Of a stretch of 64,000 nt of DNA, positions 14,639-38,005 are shown in pieces. The stretch's first letter is position 1. Each line of letters opens with the position of its first letter. The DNA comes from Chrysomallon squamiferum. Taxonomy: Eukaryota; Animalia; Mollusca. The notes below the pieces were generated by a model. The model made no database searches, was not told where the DNA came from, and was given only the letters and a program-made list of their open reading frames with translations. The stretch is taken from NCBI GenBank assembly GCA_012295275.1, contig CM022665.1, positions 12,896,001-12,960,000 on the forward strand. The letters are read 5' to 3'. A program made the translations under genes and the position numbers.

Positions 14639-16274
14639 CCTGATCAGAGTTTGTAATTAAATGAAGACGATTCCAAAATGAAAGTAACTGGTTAATTTGT
14701 TCTGCCTATCAGCGATGTTAGATCCATGCATTACATATAAATTAGTATGCCAGTTAACATGAAACAAACTTGACGAAAACCTCCTTTAGTTTTCTGACTA
14801 AACTTCTTGATCTAAAACAAGAAAGTAAAAGAAAAAAGAAATAGATAATTGTTTCAAAAGGTGAAAAACCATACAATGATATATAAAAAGAGACAAAAAT
14901 ATTTATATGAGAACAAAGCAATAATGGAAATTTAAAATTTATTTACAGTACTAGTAAAATAATTGTTTTTGAAAAGTACTTACCATAAAAATTATTTTTA
15001 AAGTTGATTATTTTACTATTATAGATATATAAATTTTATTTAATTATCTTAATAAAATATAAATAATTATTTATTGTTAAATAAATAATAAGAAAATGTG
15101 TATGTAGTTTTGCACAATACACTTACAGGTTGAATTCATATACATTTCCAGATATTCAAAATACATTTAAAACACAGTTGTTACTAAATATAACCAAATC
15201 CGATTCTTCATTATTCTTAATATTTGATGATAAAACTGAGAACTACAGTACATCTAGACTGCTATTATTATATACGAAACAAATACTTACAGTTTGGTGG
15301 TAGGACTTATTCATAAACACAGACTTGGTAATCAGATATTTATCACACATATATAAATACCACCAATCCATAAAAACTGAAAATAATCTTAACTATTTTT
15401 CCAATATCCATTAAGGTGAATCATTACAATAATGCTTTCTTCATTTGCTTCTTTTGTGACACAGTGTTAAAGAATAAATCTATAAAAAGCAGTGTGTAGT
15501 TATTACCAGTGGAGTTAAACCTTCAGTTCTCAAAGGCAAAAGCAGATCACTAGTGTCTTAAGCAGGCACAAGCAGTCAAATAACTAGGTCGATCAGAATA
15601 CATTAATCAAATGACTAACAAAAGGAATGCCTTTACCTGAACAGATTAATTTCATTATAAAACTGTCAAATGTGTTTTTATTTTTCTACTTAAAAATTGT
15701 ATTTAATCTTTTTTGTTTTGTTTTTTTCTTCTTTTTTTTAACAGTTAGCATGCTATGAAGAAGATATAATAATTACATTCATGATATTTCTGTAGAGAAT
15801 GACCTTTACCATTATAGTAAATTATTAACTGAGTAACTGAACTGTAAAGAAATGCTAGTATTATCTATGTAATAAAATCACAGGTAAATACATTAATAGG
15901 TAACATAAAATCAGTCACTGATTCTGAGTAGCTGAACCAGTATTTTTCAGATGATTTACAGCAGTTAGCAAGGAAAAGCATGTTGATACATAATAAAAGT
16001 AAACTCTATTGCTATCTTAGTATCAAAGCTGGAGACAGTATAAACAAATCAATAAAAATCCATGTTGGGTCAGCCATATCAGTAAAAGGTATGCAATGAC
16101 AATGTAAACCATAGTGACATGCCTTATAAACTGTATAGCTAGATTTATGGTAATACCAACAGAAAAAAATAAAAATAAAAGTAAATTTTACTGAATTGAA
16201 TTTTTGCTAAATTTTCAGTAAATTATTTGCAAACCTTAGTACCAAGTAAATAAAATGAAAAAAAAACAAAGAAA

Positions 16275-16318
<44 letters not shown>

Positions 16319-17089
16319 TAAATAATGATAAAATATAACAATTAAATAAATAAAATAAAAAAAACATCATTTGACACAAGTTTTTAAATGATTATATTTC
16401 CTGAGAAAAGATCACCTTTACATTTAAAAGTTGTGAAATGATGATTAAACAAGAATTAAAATTCTAAATAATAATTAATTATGGGCTAATCTGGAGTTCA
16501 TAAATTAGCAAGGTCTTTAAAATTCTGTTGTCTAAAGTTGGGACTAAATAATTAAACATAAGTTAATGAAGATACATATGTTTTTATGTAACAGTTTAAT
16601 AAATAAACACAATGTCTGTACATGTTCACACATTCATACACACTCACACACAAACACTGTATAAATGAACTAAAATATAAATTATAACTTAGTGTTTTGA
16701 GGTGTAATTGTTGAACATACCTAAATAAACTGAGTAATTTAAATACTTCTATATTATCCACTTTTCTTGAATTCTTTTGTAAAGTATTAGGTCTTAATTT
16801 ACAAATTTTATTGTTAGTTGTTTATGATTATAAATAAATCTTTAGCTGCATTTCAGTTTATATCAGAAAATCAGTTGTTGTGCTTTTTGATACTAAAGAC
16901 ACTTGGGGCAATAGTAACAGATGGTATTAAAACTGCAAGCCAAATTATTACCTTTCTTAACTGTTATTTTATATAATCTACCTGCAGTAGTTTTCTTATG
17001 TAGATTATTTTTATTATCTCAAACTAATTGTCAAACTTTCTAATAATATTAATTAAATTCAATATTATTACTTTAGTACATAAGAATAT

Positions 17090-17426
17090 TGCAGAATCTA
17101 GAGCATCGAGTATTTTGATATTAGGAATGGGCTGTAGTTTTGTTCATCAAAGAGTTGCAAGATCAATCCTGCTAAGCATATTCAGTCAGATATTTCCCTT
17201 TCTAGTTTTAAGCAGGCTTGTTAAAGGCTGTGGTATGAGTTTTGTAGTGCATTGTAAGGCACATAAAAAAAGCCCCTTGCATCTAATTTATAAAATAACA
17301 CAAGGAATAGTGGTATTCCTGTCATTTCTTACATATATTTGTACCATAGATGACACCCTGAAACTGTTTAATAACCATCAGACTAATATTAACATATGTT
17401 AAGGCTAATATAAGTATAAATGGTTA

Positions 17427-17430
<4 letters not shown>
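17090..17430 (+). mobile_element. Decayed SINE-like element
   Basis: Core aaaggctgtggtatg...gcacataaaaaaagccccttgcatctaat resembles molluscan SINE cores as I recall them. Related fragments occur near 3209-3263 (+), 50560-50705 (-) and 54560-54635 (-). Confidence 0.5.
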
Positions 17431-17494
<64 letters not shown>

Positions 17495-18058
17495 CATCAT
17501 CATCATCATCGTCATCATTATTTTTTTCTTTCTTTCTTTTACAGTGTACAGGTTTAAAATAATATACAGTGTAATGTAAGATTAACTCGAACATATATAA
17601 TATTTATTACAAGCAGTAATTAAACAGAATACAGAAAGAAGAAAATGAAAAAAAAAAAAAAAAAAAAAAAAGAACGAAAGAAAAGAAAAGAAAGAAATTA
17701 AACGCTAATTATATTATGTACGGTATTGATAGTCTTTGTCGGCTTGAAATTGGGAAGGAGTACTAAATTTGTCGTCTGCCAAAATTGTATGTATTATAAT
17801 AATTATAATGGGGTAATGACAATCGACAGTCACTTATTTTGGTTACTTAAGAGGCATATTCCGTTGTCTGGTTTTCTTACCTTTAATAATATTCTTGCTT
17901 CGTACCTCCATTATCGATACTAACCTAAGATTCATGTCACTGCCAGTAGAAAAACAACAACAAAAAAAAAAAAAAACCACACAACCTTTTAACAACATTA
18001 CCAAAAACCCTAAAAAGACTGAGCCTAAAAAGGAAACTTTTTTTAATCGTCTGATAAA

Positions 18059-18066
18059 TGACGTCA
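18059..18066. promoter_or_regulatory. Palindromic CRE (TGACGTCA) upstream of the first exon of the 142-aa gene
   Basis: Exact CREB/ATF consensus in a CpG-retaining patch, about 180 bp upstream of the 17881 donor. Confidence 0.5.
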
Positions 18067-19608
18067 CTGAACTTAAACCAGACGTACACCTTCAAGCCTA
18101 CCTATGTTATTAAAATCTGCACGTTAGATTAGTTCATACTCATTAATAGCACTATTTACTATTTGAAATGCTGTTTAATAATAATACAAGTGCACAAATG
18201 CATGCATACTTTATTATAAATGCTATAAAAATTTTATGGGGTTCTGAAAATTAAAAAAAGTAAACAAAAAGTAAATAAAAAGTAAAAAGTTAACACAGAT
18301 GTGAGCTTACATGGCATCTGGAGGGTAATCAGTTTCTGTCTGTATATCACCGTCATGAACTTTACAAATCCTATAAATGATCAGCAAGGCCAATTAACTT
18401 TTTCTTACAAAAAGATATTAATGGAGGAAAAAAAACCACAACAACAACAACAAAAAACCAACAACAAACACAACAACAACAAACAAACAAAAAACTGAAA
18501 ATTAACAAAAAAAAAAAAAAAAAAAAACACAAATAAAAATATTAATACAAACCATTAAAAAAATAAAAATAAAAATAAATAAATAAATAAATAACCATAC
18601 AAAAAACCAACAAAGCAACAACAACAAAAAATTCATGCATACTACTACTACTAATAATAAATAAATAAATAAATATATAAATAAATAATTAAATAAAAAT
18701 GAAAACAACAATGAAACTGCATTTGAGTGAATTGCGCTATGAAAAAATATAAGAGGATAAATCATAAATTAATCTAATTTAACTAACCAAAACATGAATT
18801 TATTAAAAAGAAATAATAAAACATATTTACTGTAAGAATACTGTATTACATTTATTAATTTGGCACCTTTATATTAAATACATTTTACAGATGTAAGAAT
18901 AAATAGTGATAAATCATAAACCAGTAACAAAATGAAAACATGAACACATACATAGACTAATCTCAAAATGAGCCTTCACTGAAGAAAAGGTTCATCTGCG
19001 CTATATATATATATATATGGATTTACTTTCGATTATTTTAAAGCGTACTTTATTTGAATTAAGGTAAATAATAATAATAATAATAATAAGGTGATTATAA
19101 TGATAATTATGATGATAAAATGTTAGAAAGAAAATTTGTATGCAAGAAAGTATTAAGGTGGAAACATAATTTAAAAATAACAATAGCTAAAATACAACTA
19201 ATTTGCAAAAGTTCATAAATTATCATAGTATGCTAATTTTACAAAACAATAAAATTTGAGTATTGATCAGATAAAGCAAAGCCAATGCAAACATTACAAA
19301 CAGTTAGATTAAACTAATCAGTAGTATACATGTATATGTAGATATTCAACCAAAAAGTGAATAATACATTATTCAAAAATAAAAACTATATGTATGTTAC
19401 TCAGAAAAACGAAAATACATTGTATTCATGGAATTTATTTTCAGGGAAAGTATCTAAAGCACAGTTTAAAGTCAGTCTCTTATACATTATCCAGCTTTTT
19501 GCTCCTAACAAAACAACAAAATGAAATGAATTTTGTAGTTTTGATATCTCGATCTTTTATTCTGAGCAACAATGACTAATAAATCGCAAGTTATGTAACT
19601 GTCAAACA

Positions 19609-28425
<8,817 letters not shown>

Positions 28426-28695
28426 TATTATCACCTATGTCGTCTGCTTATCACTTTGATGCGTAATTAATTTCCGAACAGGTTAATGTGACATTGTAGA
28501 TATCTGTGTTTGAAGACAGATCAGCCATTGTGCGTCTTGAAGTGTAATACATTATATCCGATAACTTTCTGCCATTTACGATATCAGCATCAAAAATGTC
28601 GATTGTCTGGAATGAGCAAATACAGAAAATTGATTGTTTGACAATTGTTACATCAAAACAGAGCATAAAATTTTAAATTATATCATGTATGTATA

Positions 28696-28748
<53 letters not shown>

Positions 28749-29160
28749 CTAAAAGCAATTATTACATTAATTCATAATAATTTTAACGATTTTTTAAAAA
28801 TAATTAACAATAATATCAGTTGATAAGCTTTGCTTAAATATAGAAATAAATATATTTAATAGAATTTAAAAGCAGTATGAATTCGTAATATTATGAATAA
28901 TTTGACAGTTAAAGTTCACTATTAAATCTAAAGGTTTTAAAATCATTCCACAGCATAAATTATATACATTATAAAAAGCCTTTAGAAACGCCCCCTTAGT
29001 AGTAACTTGTAGCCTTTCAAACTATTTTTGTTTTCATCAAGTAATATTTTTAAGTCATTTTTATTTATTTATGATTTTAAATATATAAATATAGCAAGAC
29101 AATTTACATTTTAATTTTTTCAACTGAGTCTGATACTTTAGCAAATGATACAGTACTAAC

Positions 29161-29347
29161 CTGTTCGTTTCGTGACAGTTTCTCGCTTCAGTGGTCTACA
29201 GGGGGTGTTTCCAAAGCTAGTCACGTGCTTATCTATGAAAACCTCTTATTCAGCTAAACTGGTTTTAAAATGGCGTTACGCTTTGCGGTACGCTTAAAGT
29301 TACAGTATGACAGTGGAACAGTTTACGATGAATTAAAGGTCATGATG
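29161..29347. promoter_or_regulatory. Compact bidirectional promoter and first exons shared by the CUB-sushi gene (-) and SKA3 (+)
   Basis: Minus-strand donor at 29161 and plus-strand donor GATG|gtgagc at 29347 are less than 200 bp apart. CpG-rich, with E-box TCACGTG (29221) and YY1-like AAAATGGCG (29267). Confidence 0.65.
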
Positions 29348-29898
29348 GTGAGCGCCACATTTTGAACAGGTTAAATTAACAATTTAGTTAGATCTGAAAT
29401 AATAACAATCTATTTTAAGTAACCAGTTAAAATGATCAGTCCTATATCATTAGATTGTTCTAATTATAATCTGTTCATTTTCTTTCTTTTGTTAGTTTCG
29501 GAGTTTTCGATCTTTATTTGAATAATTTGCTTTGACATTTCCGACTTCCCATTTCAGTTTGTTAAATTTATTAGTTTATCAAAGAACGGTCATCAGATTA
29601 TATATCTTGTGATCAGTTTCGTGTAGAAATAGGGATGACAATGGATATATATATTACCTAAATATGGTTGTGGTGTTGGAATCTTGATAAACAAAGGACA
29701 GATGAAAACATTGGTTACATTATTATCTGATTGTCATTGCTAAGTAACTTCTAAGACGACAGTTGAAAAGAACTGTCAATAAATTTAAAATAAGGAACGT
29801 CTAATTAATATTAAAATTTTTAATTATTGAAGCTACTAAATAATAATGCTTCGTATACAAAAATATTTTAATAAATTTAAAATTTTACATTTCAGAAC

Positions 29899-32800
29899 AT
29901 GGCAGAAAAGACAGAAGAGTTAAGCTTTTTTCAACAGTTACACCGCTTAGCAAACCGAGTTGACAGTGGTGCAAAAGAGTTACAGCTGAGTCTTGATAAG
30001 AAAAACAATGATGCTGAAGACAGTCATATTGCTGTTAGGAATATTCTGAATAATCTTATAAAAGAGACAAAGCATTTAAAGGTTAGTTTAATACTTTTTC
30101 ATTTTCTTTTCTTCTTCTTTTCAAAAATTAAATACCGTTCTGTAAATGATATCTATATGTATGTATTTTTACTGTTCACATGCAGATCATTCTTTTGTCG
30201 AAAACCACAGAATAATTTCCTTCTTAGTTCTTTCCGTGATCTGTGGTATGGGGAATTGGCTAGAATGGAAAAACAACTGATGTTACTATAGTAATATTTT
30301 TTATGTGTCCAGACTTTATTTTGCAAAAGTATCTGAGTTTGATATTTTTTAAAGTGCAGTGTAAATTGTAATGATTCTAGAAATATTAAGGGAGACAATC
30401 ATGTTTTATATTTGTACTTTTGAAATTTTATATAAATATATAATATATTCTTTTTTGTTGTTGTTTTTATATATAAAACATACAGATATTATTATATATT
30501 CATTAAAAAATATTACTTTTGCCCAGTGCTTAAAAAAAAAAATATATATGTTTTTATTAAAAAAAATTGGTACAAAATTGTAACAAATATATGATTGATG
30601 ATTTTTCTTTCTTTGCTTTCAGCAAGAAGGTTTGTCATTTGTTGCTAGTTTTGAAGAAAAAGGCAGTCTGTTCAGTCACACTCTCACAGCGTGTCAAGAA
30701 TTCCTAACAATACAGAGACAACATCTGACTGCTACTGAAGAATATCTGGAACAGTATGGTTATGAAAGACTTGGTTAGTTTTCTGATCTTTATCAGAGGA
30801 AAATCAGAGAACAATCATTTTCAAAATTTAGATTAGCATTATCACTGAAATATAATTCTGGTGAACAATATGGATAGTGAAATTGTGTCATACATTTCAG
30901 AATTGTGTAGCAGTCTCTGAAATGTGTATAACCATATTAAACAAAATGTTCACAGAAAGTGTGACTTAATTTAAATAATTAATTATGGTTTTCTTTTGAT
31001 CTGAACAGTAAATTTTATTTTGGTGCTATTCTGTATTTATTTATGTTTTTGACAGTTTGAATACTATATTTTATACTTTGAAGTATAGTTGTATAATTTC
31101 ACAGTATATAGAATTTAAGGATTTTAAGGGTGATAATACTTGTACACTGAGCTCATATATTAATTTTTATTTAAATTCATTGGACATTTTGCTTTTATAT
31201 ATATATTTAATATTTCAGGGAAGTAGAATTTTTGAACTGCAGGGGAAATACATTTTTATTCAATAGCTACTGAGGAAATTTGAAAAGATAAAGTGATCTT
31301 CATTATTAATAGGTGCTTGTCATATACAGATGCATTATTTTAAATTAAATTTATACTATTAATGTTTACTATTAAAAGATCCTGTGACATACATTAACAG
31401 TAAGCCTTTGATACTTTATAGTAAAGGATACTGTCGACAAGAATGAAGATGCTGGTGACAAAAGTGATGATCAGGAAGTAAAAGTGGAAACTGGAAAAGA
31501 TGTTGACACTGTTGAACATATTTCATCTGCTGATAAACATGTGTATCCTTTTTCTTTTGATTATTATTGTTACTATTACTGTTGTTGTTGTTGATATGTT
31601 ATAATTTATATTATACCAGTAAACTTTATTTTTATGTTAAAGTGACACTGACATTCTTTAATTAATTACTTAATGTACTAAAACTTTTTTTAATTTGTTA
31701 ACCAAATCAAAGTAACAAAAGTCAAACAATCAGTAATTTTGTGTGGTGCAGAAGGAACAAATACAAACTATTTTTCCAAAAGCTACTGTCATTTTTGAAA
31801 CCTTAAAATTAAGGCATTTAAGTTAAATGAAATAAAAACACATTTCAATTTTGATTTATTACCAATAAATATTAAAATATAATATTACTGATGTTTAATT
31901 ATTAGTAAATTGAACTAGCATAAACTGTTTGTTACTGTATTATTAAATATTCTTTTAGTATACATACAGAAACTCACACAGACATTTAAATTACAGACAG
32001 TCCCCCACTTATGACCAAGTTATATTCTGACCAACTGGACATTTCTTGGAATTTACTTAAGTTTCTTTGCATGTGTTTACTATTTTACTGTATTGTAAAA
32101 CAGCCCTGACAGACAGCATATGCAGTAAGGAAATGAATCATGATCTTTTTTTTATCTTGCTTTTAATTCAGTTTTTCCTTGTAAGTAGGCAGCTAAATGA
32201 ATAACAGTTGATTTTTTTATCCCTCATAAATAATAGTATTATTTTAATATTTTAAATGGTAGCTTCTCCTTTCTCTTTTTTTGTTTGTTTTGTTTTGTTT
32301 TGTAACTCCTGTGTCTATGGTCAGAAAAATGTTTTTTTTGTTGTTGTTTTTTTCAATCATAAATGGTAGTATTACTTTGTATTTGAAACAGCAGCTGACT
32401 TCATTATTGTTGCTGTTGTTGCAAAGGTAATTTATAGGAGACCAACTTTATATCAACCAGTTTTCTGTTTTTCTTCATCAATAATAGTATTACTTTAAAA
32501 AAAAAGTTGTTGCTGCTCTCTTATTGGTCATAACAATTTATTATTCCTTATCTTTTTGTTCATCATAAATAATAGTTATTTTAATATTTTAATAAATAGT
32601 TGACTTCTTTTCTCTTGCTATTTGTAAACTGTTGTAAAAGATTCTTCCTTAGCTTTCAAGGGGCCAGAGGAAAGAAAACAGAACACCGAGACTGGAAAAT
32701 GTTGGAATCAGCTCCTTCACCATGAACCTTATAAACAAAATGAAGAACAAAACTGAAACAGAATCTGACAGGTATGCACCAGTCTTATAAGAAAAATATG

Positions 32801-35095
32801 ATAAAATATGAAAAAAACTTGTGAAAAAATATATTACAAACATTAATCAGTCAAAAGGTAAAAAGACCAAATGTGAATAATTAGTATTTATGTTAAAATA
32901 TAAAAATTTCAGTTATTGTATGTGGAACAATGGACTTTCTAACATTCATTTTAATTTTTGTTATTAGTTTTGATGGGTTTCTTTCATTTTTGTTTTTGTA
33001 TATTGGTAGTATTAATTGTGTTGTGGTTTTTATTATTTGAAATGTATGTATATTTCAAAACGTTTCTGATGGCATATTTTTAAACAATCTACTCTTAAAT
33101 TTAAAAAAAACAAAAAACAACTTCAGCATGTCATTTTATTTCTTAACATTTATTATCAAAATCATACAGCTGTAAAAATTAACCAGTTTTTATTTTTTTT
33201 GAACTGTAATAGTACTATTGGTATGTGTTTTATAAAATACATGGTCCAAAAAATAATAACAATAAAATGTATTCATAAATTGATTTTTTATTTTCTTTCT
33301 CATTATTATTCCTATGACGTGTACATGTCATACACTTTTTTTTTATTATTATTAAAAAAAACAAATTATCATTATTTTATTAATTTAAATTTTAATTTTT
33401 ACCATGCTATAACAGGTTTTCACTTTATTAGACAATTTTATGTTTTTCTTTCAGTGTTGTGAACTCTCAGTTTGGTGATGATGAAGAAGAAGAAACTGTT
33501 CCTTCAATATTTCAGCACAATGGTCTCACCTTGACTCCAAGTGTGTGGGATCACTCAGGTGATAAAAGAAACCCACGTGACTTTGAAGGTAAATGTATCT
33601 CTTTTTGTGTGTGTGTATGCGTGTGTTTTCATGTGTGTATAAGTAGCCATGTGCAATATTTTGTTATGGAAATGAAATCTAGACAAAATACAGATAAAAG
33701 AAAAACACAGTTTCAGTTTTTTCAGTAAAGTATACCTTCCTGGTAATATCATTACACAGTGTGTTTCATCTGGTACAAATATTTTTGAAATGGCTATATA
33801 TATACAGCTTTTGTTCTGAAATATATTTTGGTTATTTAGAACTGTACATCTTTGAATATTAAATGGAATCCTTAAATCTAGTTACCAATTATTTTTGATT
33901 TGGTTCGTTTTTTCTTATCTATAATAGCAAGGAAGAACTTTTATCTAGATAGTGCTTGTAAAGAAGGACTAAATTCTGAGAATGTTGAAAATAAACTGAA
34001 GTCAGACATTGGAAGTACTGCTGTACCTGTTATTCTGACAACTGGAGACAAGCCAATAAACAAAATCCAGAAACCCAGTCAAATAGCTAAGATCAAGAAT
34101 GACAGAAGAAGTAACAGTCCGATGGACCCACTTTACACTGCACCAGGTGCCAATCAAGTAAGCAGTAAAACACCAAAGTTTGAGACCCCTGGAGCCAAAC
34201 AGATTAATAAAGTCCTAAAACCAGCTGAAGAAACTAGAGTGAAAGAAGAACCATTACTTAATAGTCCTGTTCCACCTGTGTTTATCACACCAGGAGCCAA
34301 ACAGATAAAAAAATCGATTATGGAGGAAGAAAATGATAAATGTAACTTCAAGCTACGAGCTAAAAGAAAAGTGAACACAGAATTATTTAAGGAGGATGAC
34401 AGAGAACCTGAACCACCAGAAATTACTATGAGTTTGCAGGTAATGGTTGATTTTAGAAAATAAAGTGAAGAATATTTTAGAGATTTGTTTTTATATTTAA
34501 TGCAGAATATACACAATTAAATGTGTATGTAGTGTCATTTAAAAATATAAATTAAAATATTTAAAAAAATCTCAGTGTAGCAAACCCCAACAAAAAACCT
34601 TTCTTAAAACAAAAAAAATGAAATTAAAAAGCCCAATGCTCAGAACCAATCAGAACTAACAAAATTCCTGTCCAAAATATTTTTAAAAAGTCATGAAACA
34701 CCTTTATTCAGTTATTAATTTGTCACACTAATTATATTTTTAAGATGTTTTTATATTCACGTCAGAAATTACTCTTAGAAAAAATTATTTTATTGCCATT
34801 TCAGGATCTCAACAAACTGACTGAGACGTTTAACATGAATACTCAGTCTGTTGATCTCACTGAAGGTATTGAGTGCAGCATAAAACAGGTAACTCCAGTG
34901 AAACAAGAACTCTTATCAGAACAGCTAGAAAAACTGGGAATGTTGCCTCTGCCGAATGTCACCCCTCAGTGTGCAACCAGTACTTTCAAACCAGTGAACA
35001 GCAGAATTCCACGCCCTCCAAAACCTTTCAGCAAATTCAGCAACTGCACATTCACAGAAAGATGTGACGAGAATGTGCCACCATTTGAAAAATAA
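29899..35095 (+). CDS. SKA3: Spindle and kinetochore-associated protein 3, about 502 aa, 7 coding exons
   Basis: Exons 29899-30081, 30623-30773, 31422-31540, 32653-32771, 33455-33588, 33928-34439 and 34805-35095 splice in frame. SFFQQLHRLANRVDSGAKELQLSLD...EEYLEQYGY and RTPRLENVGI parallel vertebrate SKA3 (SFCGKLRSLASTLD...REYFQKYGY; RSPQLSDFGL). The C-terminus is rich in TP/SP sites. AATAAA near 35313. Confidence 0.85.
31993..32062 (+). mobile_element. Terminal fragment of a second pogo/Tigger-like MITE in a SKA3 intron
   Basis: ta-cagacagtcccccacttatga... resembles TA-flanked Tigger-type termini; no partner end was recognised. Confidence 0.35.
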
Positions 35096-36751
35096 TGGAA
35101 TTTTTTAAAATTTTAAAACAGTTTATGTTACTGAAATGTTTTAGTTTCAGTTCTGAAATATATTTGTGTGAAATATGCTTAATGTTTTGTATTTATAATG
35201 ACTAGCTTGTATTAATAATTCTGCAATACAAAGGCACAGCTATCTCACAGGTACTGTGACATCATATAGAATGTTGATATCTGGAGGAAAGTATATCAAA
35301 GAAACTGATAAAAATAAATATAAATAAATACATTTTTAAACCTTTTGATGCTTGTTTAAAACTAACTGTTAGTATTAAAAAAAAAAAAAAAAAATCTTTA
35401 AATCATATTACTGTTATTCTCGTTTTGCATTTCTATAGTTGTTTGTTTCTTTGTGAAAATAAATTCATCACAGAAATATTTGAATTACATGAAATACATT
35501 TTATATTTAAACCATTTAAAAATAAGTACATCAATTAGAAATTTAAATTAATATGTTTGTTAAAATTAATTATCTTTTACTGTTTACCTTGATGGCAGAT
35601 TGTGATTTCATCCTGTTGTGTAATTATATATTGTCAAGTTTTCTAAGAAATGATCAACCAAAACTATAGTCTCCATAATACTCACTAGCGTCTGTTTTAA
35701 ATACTAGAAAAACGGTCCGGAATGTTTGGATTTCCCCGTAAAAATGTTGCCCACAGTTTCAGTATTGATAAAAAAAAAAAAAAAAAACAAAAACAAAAAA
35801 AAAAAAAAAAAAAAAAATAATAATAATAATAATAATGATAAAAAATAAAGCAAAACAAAAAAAGGGCAAACATCTGTACACAAAAAGTCAAAAACCTTTA
35901 AAAATTATTTTTGTTTTACTATTCTATAAATTGATGTTATTTTTATTTTTTACCCGACTTAATATAAGAATATGCTTTTCAGTTTTTATAATTAAAGATA
36001 TTCAAATGTAATACATTTTGTTTTTCTCAACAAATATCGAAAAAGAATTTATCTTCGTAATACTTATAATTAAATTTGTTTGTCATCCATATATAAATAT
36101 TTCAGATTATAGAAACTGATGCAACATGTTTGCAAACATAAGTATTGAATATTTATTTTATACCGTAAATTTGCATACGTACCTTATATATATACATACA
36201 TATATATATATATATGAGAGATTTTTTTTTTTTTTTCAAAAAGTTTCTCTGATATGTTCCAGGGTAACAGTTTTTATATAGGCTTATTCAGAATTTCAGG
36301 TTAATGATGCCAGTATGATTTTAAATAGTGGTTGCTAGGATATTTCTTAAAAACAAACACATTTCTATTACTTGAGCTAAATGATTATTATACATTTTCT
36401 TCATATTACTTCTGCTATGTAATTTTATTAAGCTCCAACGCCATTTTGTTTATGATTATTAATTTGCTAAACCGGTAAAACTCCCACCGGCCAACTTCTC
36501 TGGCACCGCCGCTGAAGTTTTCAATCAAATATCGGTAATCGTTAACAAATATTTCGTCGGTGTTGCTATATACACAGTCATGAAAAGAATATTACAGTGT
36601 TGTGAAATGCGCTGACTATAAATAGAAACTGTATGGTCTGTTTATTTCACAACATACAGACTGAAAACAACAAACAGGTTGCTAGACTCAGTATCGTACG
36701 ACTAAGATACCTCGAATCCATCTTAGTTTAAGATAATACAATATTATCAAA

Positions 36752-37776
36752 ATGAGAGGACGAGGCCGTGGTCGTGGTAGAGGAAGAAGTCGCGGTAGAG
36801 GTGACAGACGTAACGAACCGAAATCGTGCACACCCGACGAACAAACGAAGGAGAAAGTGGAGCTGGATATTGAGGCCGATCCCCGTGCTTTTTTTGTTGG
36901 GACAGTGTCTGTTGCCGATCACATGAACGGGCAAAACACAAACAGAATTAGATATGCTGCCACAATGGCAGCGTTGCAGGGAACCGGTGTGGCAGTTGCT
37001 CAGAGTGAGTTTTTTTTTTTTATTTTTATTTTTTTTTTTTTACTCTATTAAAATACACGCACGCACATACTTTCCTACGTGTTTCATAATAATTTTGTAA
37101 TGACAAAGATCTCTTTATTAATATATAATCTTGTCTAAACTCATAATTGTATTACAAAACAGTATACAGATTCTGTTAAAGTTAAAAAAAATAAATAAAT
37201 AAAGGTTTGTTCGAATCAAAACTGTCCAGTTTAAATATTGATCGTATCTAAATTGAAATTAATTAAACATTTGCATATTTCTAACAAACAACTAAATAAA
37301 TAAGTAAGTAAGTAATCATGTTTACCAACTGTCTGACTAACTAGCTTGTCTTCAGTTTCAGATATATACCTTAATTACTGATGCGTAATAAACAGATTCC
37401 CCAAGACATTAATATATTTATTTTTTTATTTGGTTATGTAAATATTTATTATTTGCTTTATTTTTCAAACTTTCGTCACTAGAAATCTCTTTTTATTTTT
37501 ATTTTTATTTTATTTTATTTTATTTTTTATTTTTTAATTTAAAAAAAAATTTTTTTTGCTTAATTTTATAAATTAGTTCTGAAAAGAAATACTTTAAGAA
37601 TTAAGGCTAATTTTATTATTATTAGTAGTAGTAGTAGTAGTAATAGTAGTAGTATCAGTACCACCATCATCATCATGATAATTATTTATTTATTTATTTA
37701 TTTATCTTCATCACTAGAAATATTAATTTGTGTTTTATATATAGTCAGGACTGTGAATAATAATATTTACTACTGG

Positions 37777-37825
<49 letters not shown>

Positions 37826-37965
37826 AAAAAAAACAACAACAAAAACATAAACACAAAAAACAACAACTTTCGAACCTAAAACTAATTATTATTATTATTA
37901 TTGTGGTACTGTTTTTACTAATAGTAGTTGATATTATAATTATAATTTTTATGGCTTTACCGTTG

Positions 37966-38005
<40 letters not shown>

